This document shows positions 37,757 through 47,870 of a DNA stretch of 64,000 nt, piece after piece; the stretch's first letter is position 1, and the number at the start of each line of letters is the position of its first letter. This stretch comes from an uncultured Bacilli bacterium. GTDB lineage: Bacteria > Bacillota_I > Bacilli_A > RF39 > UBA660. The DNA lies in NCBI GenBank assembly GCA_934096805.1, contig CAKOMW010000002.1, positions 139,736-203,735 on the forward strand, given 5' to 3'. Under the pieces are notes generated by a model. The model saw only the letters and a list, made by a program, of their open reading frames with translations. It was not told the DNA's origin and ran no database searches. A program made the translations under genes and the position numbers.

Positions 37757-38083
37757 ATGAAGGGATTTGATTTTATGTTTTTAATACTTAATAAAGATAA
37801 AAAGCTTAAAATTAATAGAATTAATAAAATAAAAGGCTTAATGTTTAAAAAAGAGGCAATAAATGAAGGATACATATTTTATAACTGTGGTAGCATTCAT
37901 ACTTTTTTTATGAAACAAGAAATAGATGTTATAGTAATAGACAAAGATAATAAAATAGTAAAAATGAAAAGTAACTTTAAAAAAAATAAAATCTTAATAT
38001 CTAAAGGTACAACTACTTTAGAACTTCCTCTTAATACTTGTAAATATTTCAAATTAAATGATAAAATAAAAATAATAGATTAA
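37757..38083 (+). CDS. DUF192-like small protein
   Basis: 108 aa, weak similarity to the COG1430/DUF192 fold; opposite strand to the pilus genes. Confidence 0.35.
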   Translation: MKGFDFMFLILNKDKKLKINRINKIKGLMFKKEAINEGYIFYNCGSIHTFFMKQEIDVIVIDKDNKIVKMKSNFKKNKILISKGTTTLELPLNTCKYFKLNDKIKIID

Positions 38084-38087
38084 TTTA

Positions 38088-39270
38088 AGACAAAAAAAGA
38101 AATAGAAATAATCTATTTCAATTGGTTTAGTTCCTCTAATGAAAGACCTGTACATTCTGAAATATCAGTAATATCATAACCTTTTTGAAGCATTTTAAGT
38201 GCAGTTTCTTTGATGCCTTCATCATGTCCTATATCGTGTCCTTCTTTAAAGCCTTTTTCTCTGTACTCATCAATTTCCGCTAAACGAAGCTTTTCATCAT
38301 GTAACTCTTTATCATACATTCCTATTACTTCATCTTGTTCACTTGCTTCTTTTGATTCTTTAACATACTTTTCCATTATCTCATCACCCTTACTTAAATC
38401 TTTAAGAAGTTGATTATCATTTTCATTAAATATTAATAATAACTTCTCATATAGTTTAAGTTTATTATAATCTTTTTTTCTTATATTTGGCAAGTATATA
38501 TTAATAATTCTTATCTTATTACTATATATTTGAAAATCATTAATATCTTTGGGTATATGATTAATATTTGTTATATAGCATTCTTCTAGAACATCTTTTC
38601 TACCTCTGAATCTAAAGTTATTTATGTTTATTTGAATTACTTCATTAAAGTTATACTTCTTTCCTCTTTTCATATTTGCACTATATAAAGAAAACATATA
38701 ACCTAGATTTCTTTCTAAACTAGACTTTGAAGTATTATTATTAACTTCAACATTAAGTATCTTACCTTTAATCTTACACAATAAATCTACTGTCTTATTA
38801 CTTTCTTCATTTTTATACTTATCTATATTATTTTTTATAAACTTAGTATTTTTTAATACCTCATTATAATCCTCATTAAATATAGAAGCAATTAAATAAC
38901 AGATATACTCCATTCTAGATTCATTATTAATCATAGTCTTAAACATAGAATCAGATACAATTGGTATTTTATAGCCTTTGTAATAGTCAAGTAACTTATA
39001 ACTATTTGTTTTAGATATTTCTTTATCTAAAGTACATTCTCTAAGATCTAACATAATTTTCACCTCCTTTCATAGAAATATTTACCCCTTTTCTAATTCA
39101 ATATATACCATATAAAAACGCAATGCAAATGAACAATTTTAAGTTTTAAATACACAAAAAAGAACCAAAACAGATATTTTCCTTAAGGGAATTTTCTTAT
39201 TTGATTCTTATTTTTTTATTAAAAATATTGTTTTATATAGAATTTAAAAAACTTATACTTTTTAATTACT
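38088..39270 (-). mobile_element. Rpn-family element copy 2 (subfamily II)
   Basis: same leader (39064-39270) and 3' hairpin gaaatagaaataatctatttc (38099-38119) + T-run as the other copies. Confidence 0.6.
38113..39054 (-). CDS. Rpn/YhgA-like PD-(D/E)XK nuclease / putative transposase, subfamily II
   Basis: IPIVSDSMFKTMINNE, VDLLCKIKGKILNVEVNNN, C-terminal GFKEGHDIGHDEGIKE...TGLSLEELNQLK; ATG 7 nt after aggaggtg. Confidence 0.6.
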   Translation of the reverse strand: MLDLRECTLDKEISKTNSYKLLDYYKGYKIPIVSDSMFKTMINNESRMEYICYLIASIFNEDYNEVLKNTKFIKNNIDKYKNEESNKTVDLLCKIKGKILNVEVNNNTSKSSLERNLGYMFSLYSANMKRGKKYNFNEVIQININNFRFRGRKDVLEECYITNINHIPKDINDFQIYSNKIRIINIYLPNIRKKDYNKLKLYEKLLLIFNENDNQLLKDLSKGDEIMEKYVKESKEASEQDEVIGMYDKELHDEKLRLAEIDEYREKGFKEGHDIGHDEGIKETALKMLQKGYDITDISECTGLSLEELNQLK

Positions 39271-40420
39271 TTTTTAATTTTGTTCCTTTTATTTTATCAT
39301 ATTGTTCTAATAAGTTACCAGGAGTCGTTTTTATAATTTTTTCTTCCTCTTTTTTATTGTCTATAGCAATTGATACCAAATTATCAAATAATTCAGTTTG
39401 ATTCTTTTTCTTAGGCAACCACATATAACCAGCAAGAGAACCTGGAATAGTATTAATTTCATTGACATATATCTCTTTTGTTTTATCATTTATTAAAAAG
39501 TCAATTCTAGCAACGCCACTGCCTTCAAGTACCTTAAATGTCTTTATAGCATATTCCTTTATATCATTTATCATCTCTTTAGATATAAGAGGTTTAGTTT
39601 TCTTTGTATCAACTTCAGTTTTAGAAAAATTATTAACATACTTTTCTTTAAAAGAATAAAACTCACTACTAGAATTTATTTCTTCTATTTCAGATACAAT
39701 TTGTTTTTTATAATTACCAAGTACACTTACATTTACTTCTTTTAAGTTAGGTATTCTTTCCTCAACAATAATTTTTCTATCATATTTTGAAACATTTTTA
39801 ACTTTACTAAAAAATTCTTTTTCATTTTCTGCGATTTCTATTCCAATACTTGAACCAAGTGAAGATGGTTTGATAAATACAGGAAATTTCAAAGTAGCTA
39901 ATTTCTTTTCAACAAGCTTTTTATCACTTAATTCATCAGAATAAAACCAAGTATAGTTAGCAACATTTATATCATTCGTAGTCAATAATTGTTTTTGAAT
40001 AACTTTATCTTGTCCAATGGCCGCTCCAATGACACTAGGACCAGCATATGGGACTCCTAACATATTAAGATAGCCTTGTATAGAGCCATCCTCTAAATAC
40101 GCACCATGACCAATTGGCACAACTAAATCAATTACACATAAATTCTTTTTATAAAATCCTAGTCTTTGTAAAACAAAAGTCTTATCATATTTAACTAAAG
40201 CAACTTTTTTAGCATATCTCTTTACCAAATCAATATCCCTATAATGAAGAATGTTTTTTAGATGCTCTCCTGTGTACCACACATTATCTTTATCTATATA
40301 TATAGGTATTATTTTATACTTGCTTTCATCAGCATAACCCATTGCTTCAATTGCCGAAATTATGCTTATTTCATGTTCGACACTTTTTCCTCCAAAAATA
40401 ACTGCAACATTTAATCTCAT
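39266..40420 (-). CDS. ddl: D-alanine--D-alanine ligase
   Basis: MRLNVAVIFGGKSVEHEISIISA and ATP-grasp motifs (EERIPNLKEVNVSVLGN, NEINTIPGS). Confidence 0.85.
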   Translation of the reverse strand: MRLNVAVIFGGKSVEHEISIISAIEAMGYADESKYKIIPIYIDKDNVWYTGEHLKNILHYRDIDLVKRYAKKVALVKYDKTFVLQRLGFYKKNLCVIDLVVPIGHGAYLEDGSIQGYLNMLGVPYAGPSVIGAAIGQDKVIQKQLLTTNDINVANYTWFYSDELSDKKLVEKKLATLKFPVFIKPSSLGSSIGIEIAENEKEFFSKVKNVSKYDRKIIVEERIPNLKEVNVSVLGNYKKQIVSEIEEINSSSEFYSFKEKYVNNFSKTEVDTKKTKPLISKEMINDIKEYAIKTFKVLEGSGVARIDFLINDKTKEIYVNEINTIPGSLAGYMWLPKKKNQTELFDNLVSIAIDNKKEEEKIIKTTPGNLLEQYDKIKGTKLKK

Positions 40421-40474
40421 CTTATTACTTCCTTTCATTAATAGTATATCAAATTATTAGAAAAAGAAAAAGTG

Positions 40475-41221
40475 CTATTCTGCAACTTGTTCTCCTTTTA
40501 TCTTAACTTTAAACTGATAATTAGTATTACTTGAAGAAACTACTGCGTGAGAACTACCCCATACTTCTCCAGCAGCCGTACATGTAGCTTTTGTTGTATA
40601 AGTAGTATCACTACATACCATATCTTTTTCCTCAGTATTTAACTTTATATCATTATTTCCATTTCCACTTACCCAAGCTTTTAGGACATATGATGCTTTA
40701 TCAGTCTTAGAAAATACTCCATCATCTAGTACAAATTCATTAAAGAACCCATTACTAGATACTTTAGATTGTAAACTTGAAATAGCAACACCAGTAGTAG
40801 CAGTACCTATAATATATTCTTGTTTCTCTGTACCATTTTCAGTATATTTTTTTAGTAAATTAATTTTCACATCGTCACTTGTTATCCCTTCATTACTAAT
40901 GATATCCAAACCTAAATCATATTTTAATATAGCTTCTCCATTAATAGTAGAAACTACATCAAAAGTATATGCTTTATCATCAGTAATACTTGTACCAACT
41001 GCATCAGTAACAGGCTTTTGATCACTTAAAATCATAGCTTTTTCGTTTGCAAAATTAAGTTCTAACTTACCAGAAATAAGTTCATTTTCACTAGTTCCGA
41101 TGAAATTAGCATAATAGTAGGCAAAAGTAGAGCCTAAGACCACTAATACTAAGATAATTGTAGATATAATAACTATCATTTTATCCTTTTTTGATTCTTT
41201 TACTTGTTCCATATATAACAC
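40475..41221 (-). CDS. short member of the surface-protein paralog family (N-terminal module only)
   Basis: anchor KMIVIISTIILVLVVLGSTFAYYYANFIG and YVLKAWVSGN motif shared with copies A, B and C; lacks the lectin-like C-terminus. Confidence 0.5.
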   Translation of the reverse strand: MLYMEQVKESKKDKMIVIISTIILVLVVLGSTFAYYYANFIGTSENELISGKLELNFANEKAMILSDQKPVTDAVGTSITDDKAYTFDVVSTINGEAILKYDLGLDIISNEGITSDDVKINLLKKYTENGTEKQEYIIGTATTGVAISSLQSKVSSNGFFNEFVLDDGVFSKTDKASYVLKAWVSGNGNNDIKLNTEEKDMVCSDTTYTTKATCTAAGEVWGSSHAVVSSSNTNYQFKVKIKGEQVAE

Positions 41222-41338
41222 CTTACCTTATACTTAAATCTTACTAAAAAGTTACAAAAATGTCAATATAACAACAACTATTTTTTAAAAAGTTTTGTCT
41301 AGTAAAAAGAAAAAAGTCCCAAAAAGGAACTTAAACAA

Positions 41339-41563
41339 TTATTTAACTTCATCAACTTTTGCAATCATCTTTAAGATTTCTTCAATTTCTTCATCATCAG
41401 TTACAGAAGTAACAAATTTTTTACCATCAGCAACAGTTTCTCTTAAAACTGTATAATCATTCGTATCATCAAGAGCATAAGCATATATATAGTTATACCC
41501 GAAAAAATTAACTCTTTCTACCACTAGAAATTCTCTACCATCCAATATAATTATTTCATTCAT
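41339..41563 (-). CDS. DUF1292 (YrzB-like) small acidic protein
   Basis: 74 aa, FLVVE...YIYAYALDD...EEIEEIL pattern typical of DUF1292. Confidence 0.5.
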   Translation of the reverse strand: MNEIIILDGREFLVVERVNFFGYNYIYAYALDDTNDYTVLRETVADGKKFVTSVTDDEEIEEILKMIAKVDEVK

Positions 41564-42072
41564 AAGCTTTTTCCACCATTATTCAAATTATTCTCAACAA
41601 AGTTTGCAAGTTCCCCACTTTGAACTACTTGCTCATAATTTTCTTTACTTGGAGCAAAGTAATTACCAGTTGTCTCGGTCATATAATTACAAAATTCTAA
41701 AAAGTCATCATATGTAGTTGTTGTTTGTTCTACTTGAGGAGCATCAGGGATATCAACGACATCAGAAGAATTTTCAGTCATTACTTTATTTACATGATTT
41801 ACTCCAAGAACTCCACCACCAATAATTGCAATTGATAATACTGCCGCTAAAGCTTTTTTACGTGCATCTTTAAACTTAGCTGCCACTCTCTGATTATATT
41901 CTTCTGCTCTTGCTTTATCTTCCTCAATTAATTTAGCAATTCTTTGATTTTGTAACTCAACAAACTCATCTAGCTGTTTTTTATTATCTCTATTTACAAA
42001 TATACGCTTTGTTTCATCATACGAGATAACTAATTCTTCTTGTTTTTCAAAATTTTTATAGTTATTTTGCAT
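41560..42072 (-). CDS. hypothetical single-pass membrane protein
   Basis: coiled-coil N-terminus, TM AAVLSIAIIGGGVLGV; stop overlaps the DUF1292 start. Confidence 0.45.
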   Translation of the reverse strand: MQNNYKNFEKQEELVISYDETKRIFVNRDNKKQLDEFVELQNQRIAKLIEEDKARAEEYNQRVAAKFKDARKKALAAVLSIAIIGGGVLGVNHVNKVMTENSSDVVDIPDAPQVEQTTTTYDDFLEFCNYMTETTGNYFAPSKENYEQVVQSGELANFVENNLNNGGKSL

Positions 42073-42159
42073 TAAGCATTACCTCCATTCACATTATAGC
42101 ATAATAATTTATAATTGGAAATACCTTTAAGAAAAAAAGACTTAATCAAAAGTCTTTAA

Positions 42160-45135
42160 TTAGCATTTATATTCATAAGTTTTTTTAGTTATGGAAGTCT
42201 TTTTGCTACTACAAGTTGAATATGTTTTAGTAGCTCCTTGTCTTCCACTTGTAGAACAACTAGACACATTACTTGTTGAAGATGTATAGTTTCCATATCT
42301 AGAACATGATTCTTCACATTTTTGCATCTTGCACTTTCTTTTAGTACCAGTACCAGACCAGTAATATTTATATAAATTTTTAGTAGAAGAAGTACAATAC
42401 TTTATAGATACACCTGAACTACAATAACGAGTAGCCGCGTTTGATGAAGAACCCCAACTATAATCATGTCCTGTACAACTTCCAGTATAAGTAGTTTTTA
42501 CATAATATGATGATGAACTACAAGTAACTTTAGTAGAACCGTCATTTGTTTCTCTACAACTACTAGGATATGTAGTGCTAACTAATTTCCAAGTTTTAGT
42601 ACATGGTTGATGATATGTCTTAGATTTAGTAGCAGTATTTCCTACAACATCCTTACATTTAGCAGTTACTGTACCACCTGTTGTATTAAAATGACTTGTA
42701 TATGATTCCCCACTTGGAGAAGTAATACTTTTTGTATCAACACCACTTCCAGAGTCTGTACATGTAAATGAAATCTTAGTTGAACCTTTTATTTCAGTTT
42801 TTTCTGGCGAAATAGTAATAACTGGGTCTTTCTTGTCTATTTTCATACTAAATTTAGCAGAAGTAGCTTTATTTCCAGCGTTGTCTACACAAGTAGCAGT
42901 TACCGAATCAGTCCAATTTGAACCATCACTCACTTTAGTAGTGAAATAACTATGTACAGTATCTCCTGTTGAAGGACTTACCATTGATTTTGATTTTACA
43001 CCACTTGTAGCATCAGCAGCACTTAATGATACTTTAATATCAGACATAGTCCATTTACCTGAAGTATATTTACTATTATCTTTAGTTTTAGTACCACTTA
43101 AAGTACAAGTTGGTGGTGTTTTATCTAATTTAGCAACATATGTAACATAGCCACTACATTTTTTAGTATTATTTCCACGACATGCTTTAGCATAATAAGT
43201 AGTAGATGATGTCTCTGTACTTACTGAAGGTTTAGTTGTACTATATATATTATTAGCAGAAGTACCATAATAATATGTTACATTTGAACCACTTCCACTT
43301 GCTTCCAAAGTGTAATCAGCTTTATGCCATTTACCACTTGAAATACTATCACTTGCTGCCAGTGTTGGAGCATCAGGTGCTTTTTCCTCAATTTGATTAA
43401 TATAAGTACTACAATTAGCAGTGTTTCCAACCTCACTTTTAACATGTAAATAATAGAAACCATTTTCATCAACTGTATTATAAACTGTTTGATAATGTTC
43501 ACTTGTATTCATAAAATAACTAGGATCAGAATAACCATTTGTCCAAAGATATCCACTAAGACCAACCTCATCCCTCATTGTACCTGTAAGAGTAGCAGAA
43601 GTCTTATCCTCATCATAAGTAACAGTAATATTGCAACTTGGCATTTTACTCTTATCAACCATTTTTACGTTATCACTATTTATAACACCATTTCCATTAT
43701 TACCAACATTATCTTTTATATTCTTAGTATCAAAACTTAAATATGCATAAGCACCATCTTTATTTTTTTCATAAGCTTTTATTATAAAATTATTAGAAGT
43801 ACTTAAATTTGATACATATTCTATTTTACTAAAATCAGTATAAGTTACATCTGATATATTAAACGAACTCTTATCAATACCATTTGTATCACTACAAGAT
43901 AAACTATAAACTACATAATCAGTTATATTATCTGAAATATCTAATTGTGTTTTTAATGAAGTAAGATTAAAATCTGAATATGGTCCTTTAAACACACATA
44001 CTGGACCAGTATTATCAATAATAAGACCTGCACTATCACTAACCATATCATTACCATTATCATATTCATCATATATTTGATTAGCATTATATTTTAATTT
44101 AAATATTCCATCACTTTCATTAATGACAACTTTTATAATTGCACTTACCTTTTTTTCACTCACATACTGCTTATTAGAACTAGTGTTTACAACAACATCA
44201 CTTTTAGAATCAAAACCTTCTTTTTTAATAAAGCCATTAATTTTACTATCATCATCGCAAGTAATTTTATAATATACAGACTCACCGTTTTTAGCAATAT
44301 TCTTTAAAGTATTTAGACCTGCATCAGCATAAGCTCTAGATAACTTACAACTTGGCCCTTTCCCATCAATTTCTATCCCTAGTTCTACTTGAACATTTGG
44401 AATAGCACTTCCTTTGTATTTACTAGTAATAGAGTTTTCATTAAACTTTACTTTACCTTCTCCAAAAGCATCAGAAGATGAAGTATAAGTACCCACTACT
44501 TTAAATTGTTTCTTTTTAGAATCAATATACTCTTTTGATGTATTAGAATCTTCTAAAGATGAATATGTTCCATTAGTAGTACTAAACATATCATACAAAT
44601 TATTTTTAACAACATTTATATCTTTTCCTTTACAAGCCAATGTCACATTAGCAATATTCTTTCCTTGTTTTACTCCAATTTTCTTTTTATCACTAGTAAA
44701 ATTACAACTTAATACATTATCAAAGTTTTCTGTACAAACTTTATTACCCTTAGTATTAGTATAACCATTATCACATACTACACATCCTGTATATTTATAA
44801 CCATTACCAGACTTAGTCATATATACATAACTTTTACTACAAGAATTTCCTTTTGCATCCTTTAAATCATTTGAAATATAATTATTTGATTTTAGATACG
44901 TATACCACAAAACAATATTACCATCTTCATCAGTATTAGATATAATTTTTCTTTTATTATCACTGAAATAACTCTTAGCAGAAAGAACTAAACTTCTTTC
45001 TAATTGATCATTAACAGTATTATGTCCTTGTATTATGTATCTATTAATAACTAATATGGCAAGAGTTAATAATATTCCTACAATCACTAAAGCTACAAGT
45101 AATTCTATTATTGTAAAACCTTTTCTTTTCTTCAT
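42160..45135 (-). CDS. giant type IV prepilin-like protein (991 aa) with Ig-like repeats and Cys/Ser/Thr-rich C-terminus
   Basis: MKKRKGFTIIELLVALVIVGILLTLAILV canonical G/FTxxE prepilin signal; repeated DxxGN Ig-like motifs (TATCVDNAGNKAT, TAKCKDVVGNTAT). Confidence 0.65.
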   Translation of the reverse strand: MKKRKGFTIIELLVALVIVGILLTLAILVINRYIIQGHNTVNDQLERSLVLSAKSYFSDNKRKIISNTDEDGNIVLWYTYLKSNNYISNDLKDAKGNSCSKSYVYMTKSGNGYKYTGCVVCDNGYTNTKGNKVCTENFDNVLSCNFTSDKKKIGVKQGKNIANVTLACKGKDINVVKNNLYDMFSTTNGTYSSLEDSNTSKEYIDSKKKQFKVVGTYTSSSDAFGEGKVKFNENSITSKYKGSAIPNVQVELGIEIDGKGPSCKLSRAYADAGLNTLKNIAKNGESVYYKITCDDDSKINGFIKKEGFDSKSDVVVNTSSNKQYVSEKKVSAIIKVVINESDGIFKLKYNANQIYDEYDNGNDMVSDSAGLIIDNTGPVCVFKGPYSDFNLTSLKTQLDISDNITDYVVYSLSCSDTNGIDKSSFNISDVTYTDFSKIEYVSNLSTSNNFIIKAYEKNKDGAYAYLSFDTKNIKDNVGNNGNGVINSDNVKMVDKSKMPSCNITVTYDEDKTSATLTGTMRDEVGLSGYLWTNGYSDPSYFMNTSEHYQTVYNTVDENGFYYLHVKSEVGNTANCSTYINQIEEKAPDAPTLAASDSISSGKWHKADYTLEASGSGSNVTYYYGTSANNIYSTTKPSVSTETSSTTYYAKACRGNNTKKCSGYVTYVAKLDKTPPTCTLSGTKTKDNSKYTSGKWTMSDIKVSLSAADATSGVKSKSMVSPSTGDTVHSYFTTKVSDGSNWTDSVTATCVDNAGNKATSAKFSMKIDKKDPVITISPEKTEIKGSTKISFTCTDSGSGVDTKSITSPSGESYTSHFNTTGGTVTAKCKDVVGNTATKSKTYHQPCTKTWKLVSTTYPSSCRETNDGSTKVTCSSSSYYVKTTYTGSCTGHDYSWGSSSNAATRYCSSGVSIKYCTSSTKNLYKYYWSGTGTKRKCKMQKCEESCSRYGNYTSSTSNVSSCSTSGRQGATKTYSTCSSKKTSITKKTYEYKC

Positions 45136-45199
45136 AACAACCACCTATCCTATAATATAATTGTAACTTAAAAAATAATAAAGTGCAACAAAAAAACTG

Positions 45200-45886
45200 C
45201 TAGTTCTTAAGAATAACAGTTTTTAATTTATTTATAACTTTTTTCTCTATTCTAGATATATAAGATTGACTTATTTTTAATTTATCTGCAACATCTTTCT
45301 GAGTCATTTCAGAATACCCATAAAGACCATATCTTAAACACATTATTTCTTTATCTCTAGAATCAAGTTTTTCTAATTCATTTCTTAATAATTGCTTATC
45401 AAGCTCTTCATCAAGAGGTTTAGTAACTATATCTTTTTCTGTTCCTAAAATATCTTCAAGATGTAGTTCATTTCCATCGGCATCAAAACTCAAAGACTCT
45501 TCAAAAGAAATATCTGTTTTGCTTTTTTTTGTTTTTCTAAGAAACATTAGAATTTCATTATCTATACATCTAGAACAATAAGTAGCTAATCTAATATTTT
45601 TATCTTTAGAAAAAGTGTTAATTCCTTTGATTAATCCTATTGAACCAATACTTACTAAATCCTCTAAATCAACTTTAGTATTTTCATATCTTTTAGCTAG
45701 AAAGACCACTAATCTTAAGTTGTGTTCAATTAACTTGTTTCTAGCAGAGTTATCTCCTTTAAAAGATAAATCAATCAGTTTATCTTCTTCCTCTCTTTCA
45801 AGTGGAGGAGGTAAAATATCCGTTGCACCTACATAAAAGATATTATTTTTTCTAAATAATCTTTTTAAAAATATTATAAACTTCAC
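45200..45886 (-). CDS. sigE: RNA polymerase sporulation sigma factor SigE (pro-sigma-E); GTG start
   Basis: YVGATDILPPPLEREEEDKL pro-sequence junction, LIEHNLRLVVFLAKRYEN, DLVSIGSIGLIKGINTF, ISQSYISRIEKKV; colinear with B. subtilis SigE. Confidence 0.85.
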   Translation of the reverse strand: MKFIIFLKRLFRKNNIFYVGATDILPPPLEREEEDKLIDLSFKGDNSARNKLIEHNLRLVVFLAKRYENTKVDLEDLVSIGSIGLIKGINTFSKDKNIRLATYCSRCIDNEILMFLRKTKKSKTDISFEESLSFDADGNELHLEDILGTEKDIVTKPLDEELDKQLLRNELEKLDSRDKEIMCLRYGLYGYSEMTQKDVADKLKISQSYISRIEKKVINKLKTVILKN

Positions 45887-45889
45887 TGT

Positions 45890-46003
45890 ATCATCTCCCT
45901 ATGCAAAATTATATCAACATCTCCTAGTAAAAATTTGTCATTTGATAAACCAATTAATACATTATATTTATAACCAATATCTTTTATGAATATTTTATCA
46001 ATA
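45890..46003 (-). pseudogene. duplicated 3' end of spoIIGA (114 bp, 2 mismatches versus 47875-47988) retained directly upstream of sigE
   Basis: seen directly; encodes ...IDKIFIKDIGYKYNVLIGLSNDKFLLGDVDIILHREMIQ* whose TGA overlaps the sigE GTG; contains the sigE RBS agggag. Confidence 0.8.
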
Positions 46004-47210
46004 ATATTCACTTTTTATTCATAAAAACAAAAGAAATAGAGATTAATCTATTTCAATTTTTGTAGTTCATCTAATGAAAGACCTGTATATTTGGAAACAA
46101 CTTCTAAATCAACATTATCTTGAATCATTTGTTTAGCTATGCTTACTCTTTCTTCTTTTCTGCCTTCGCTACGACCTTGTTGTATTCCTTGTTGTATTCC
46201 ATTCTCATTAGCTTCTCTTATCTCTGATTTTCTTAATCTTTCTTCGTGTAACTCCTTATCATACATGCCTATTACTTCATCTTCTTCACTTGCTTTTCTA
46301 GAATCATCAATATATTCTTTCATAATCTTATCACCCTTACTTAATTCATTAAGAATATTATTATCATTTTCATTAAATACTAATAATAACTTCTCATATT
46401 CCTCAAGTTTATTATAATCTTTTTTTCTTATATTTGGCAAGTAAATATTATAAATATGTATTTTATTTGTATACACTTCTTCACTGTCTTTTAGATTAAC
46501 TATCATATACTCATCTAATACTTCGTTTTTATCTTGAAATGTAAAGTTATTTATGTTAATTTGAATACAAGTTTCAAAGAAATAATCATCTCCTTTAGTC
46601 ATTCCACCATTATATAATGAAAACATATAACCTAGATTTCTTGCTAAACTTGTCTTGGATGCATTTTTATTCATTTCTACATTGACTACTACATCATCTA
46701 TTCTACATAAATAGTCTACTGTCTTTCTAGATTTATTTTCTTTTTCTTCATCTATATTAGCTTTTATTAAAGTAGTATTATTATAGATTTCATTAAAGTC
46801 TTTCTTTAGTAGAAGTGCAATTAAATAGCATCCATATTTCTTTCTTGATTCATTATAAAACATTGTTCTAAACATTGCATCTGATACAATTGGTATCTTA
46901 TAACCTTCATATCTTTTTTCAAGTTCATAGGCATCTTTTTCAGACATAGCTTTATCTAAAACAGCTTTCTTATTACCAATAAGATTCATACTTTTCCCTC
47001 CTTTCAAAACCACTATATACCATATAAAAACACAATGCAAATGAGTAATTTTAAGTTTTGAACATAGAAAAAAGAACCAAAATAGGTATTTCACTTAAGG
47101 GAATTTTTTATTTTGATTCTTATTTTTTATCAAAAATATTGTTTTATATATAATTTAAAAAACTTATACTTTTTTATTCTTTTTATAAGTATCAATCAAT
47201 ACTTAGAGTG
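46004..47210 (-). mobile_element. Rpn-family element copy 3 inserted between spoIIGA and sigE
   Basis: 3' hairpin gaaatagagattaatctatttc 46033-46054 + T-run; leader 46990-47210 including ttataagtatcaatcaatacttagagtg. Confidence 0.65.
46048..46989 (-). CDS. Rpn/YhgA-like PD-(D/E)XK nuclease / putative transposase, subfamily I
   Basis: about 95 percent identical to 16547-17488 and 61874-62827 except in the C-terminal G-rich repeat region (GIQQGIQQGRSEGRKEERVSIAKQ). Confidence 0.65.
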   Translation of the reverse strand: MNLIGNKKAVLDKAMSEKDAYELEKRYEGYKIPIVSDAMFRTMFYNESRKKYGCYLIALLLKKDFNEIYNNTTLIKANIDEEKENKSRKTVDYLCRIDDVVVNVEMNKNASKTSLARNLGYMFSLYNGGMTKGDDYFFETCIQININNFTFQDKNEVLDEYMIVNLKDSEEVYTNKIHIYNIYLPNIRKKDYNKLEEYEKLLLVFNENDNNILNELSKGDKIMKEYIDDSRKASEEDEVIGMYDKELHEERLRKSEIREANENGIQQGIQQGRSEGRKEERVSIAKQMIQDNVDLEVVSKYTGLSLDELQKLK

Positions 47211-47325
47211 TATGAATTAAAGTAGTGCAATCATTTTCCTTATCCTACTTAATAAGTATTAACAATCTTTTTATTAAACTTAAATATTTTTTTATAAAAT
47301 AATTTAAAAAGACAATGTTACTTTT

Positions 47326-47526
47326 TTATTTTATTATTTGCCAATAGCCTGTTTTATCAGAGCCAACTCTTTCAATTACCGAATTATCAATTAATATTTT
47401 AAAATTTCTTTTAATTGTTCTTGCATTAACATTAGTTATATCAGCTATTTCATTTATAGCATTTAATATATTATCCATCTCATTATCAATATAATATATT
47501 GGTTTTATTTCATCAAATAAATTCAT
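47326..47526 (-). pseudogene. orphan C-terminal winged-HTH fragment (Fic/AlbA_2-associated HTH type)
   Basis: 66 aa ...NVNARTIKRNFKILIDNSVIERVGSDKTGYWQIIK with no upstream catalytic domain. Confidence 0.4.
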
Positions 47527-47560
47527 TTATATCACACCACATATAATATTAGTATATCAC

Positions 47561-47584
47561 AAATGTCACTGTAAATGTCACTGT
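47561..47584. repeat. tandem 12-mer direct repeat (aaatgtcactgt x2)
   Basis: seen directly. Confidence 0.5.
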
Positions 47585-47689
47585 ATTTATAATTCTTTGT
47601 TATAGTTAACCAATTTCATGATATATACATATCAGTTAGTAATTTATTACTAACTATAATTTAGATAATTAAAAGTTGTCCTGCTTTAA

Positions 47690-47868
47690 TCTTTCAATAA
47701 CAATATATACCATATAAAAACACAATGCAAATGAGCAATTTTAAGTTTTGAATACATAAAAAAGAATCAAAATAGATATTTCCCTTAAGGGAATTTTCTT
47801 ATTTGATTCTTATTTTTTTATTAAAAATACTGTTTTATATAGAATTTAAGAAACTTACACTTTTTTCT
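47690..47868 (-). repeat. solo Rpn-element leader abutting the spoIIGA stop codon
   Basis: ccatataaaaacacaatgcaaatgagcaattttaag...tttcccttaagggaattttcttatttgattc matches the other leaders; no downstream nuclease ORF. Confidence 0.6.
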
Positions 47869-47870
47869 AA

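Noticed and set aside
47561-47584. Tandem 12-mer considered as a CRISPR or iteron array
   Set aside because: Only two units with no spacers. No cas genes anywhere in the window
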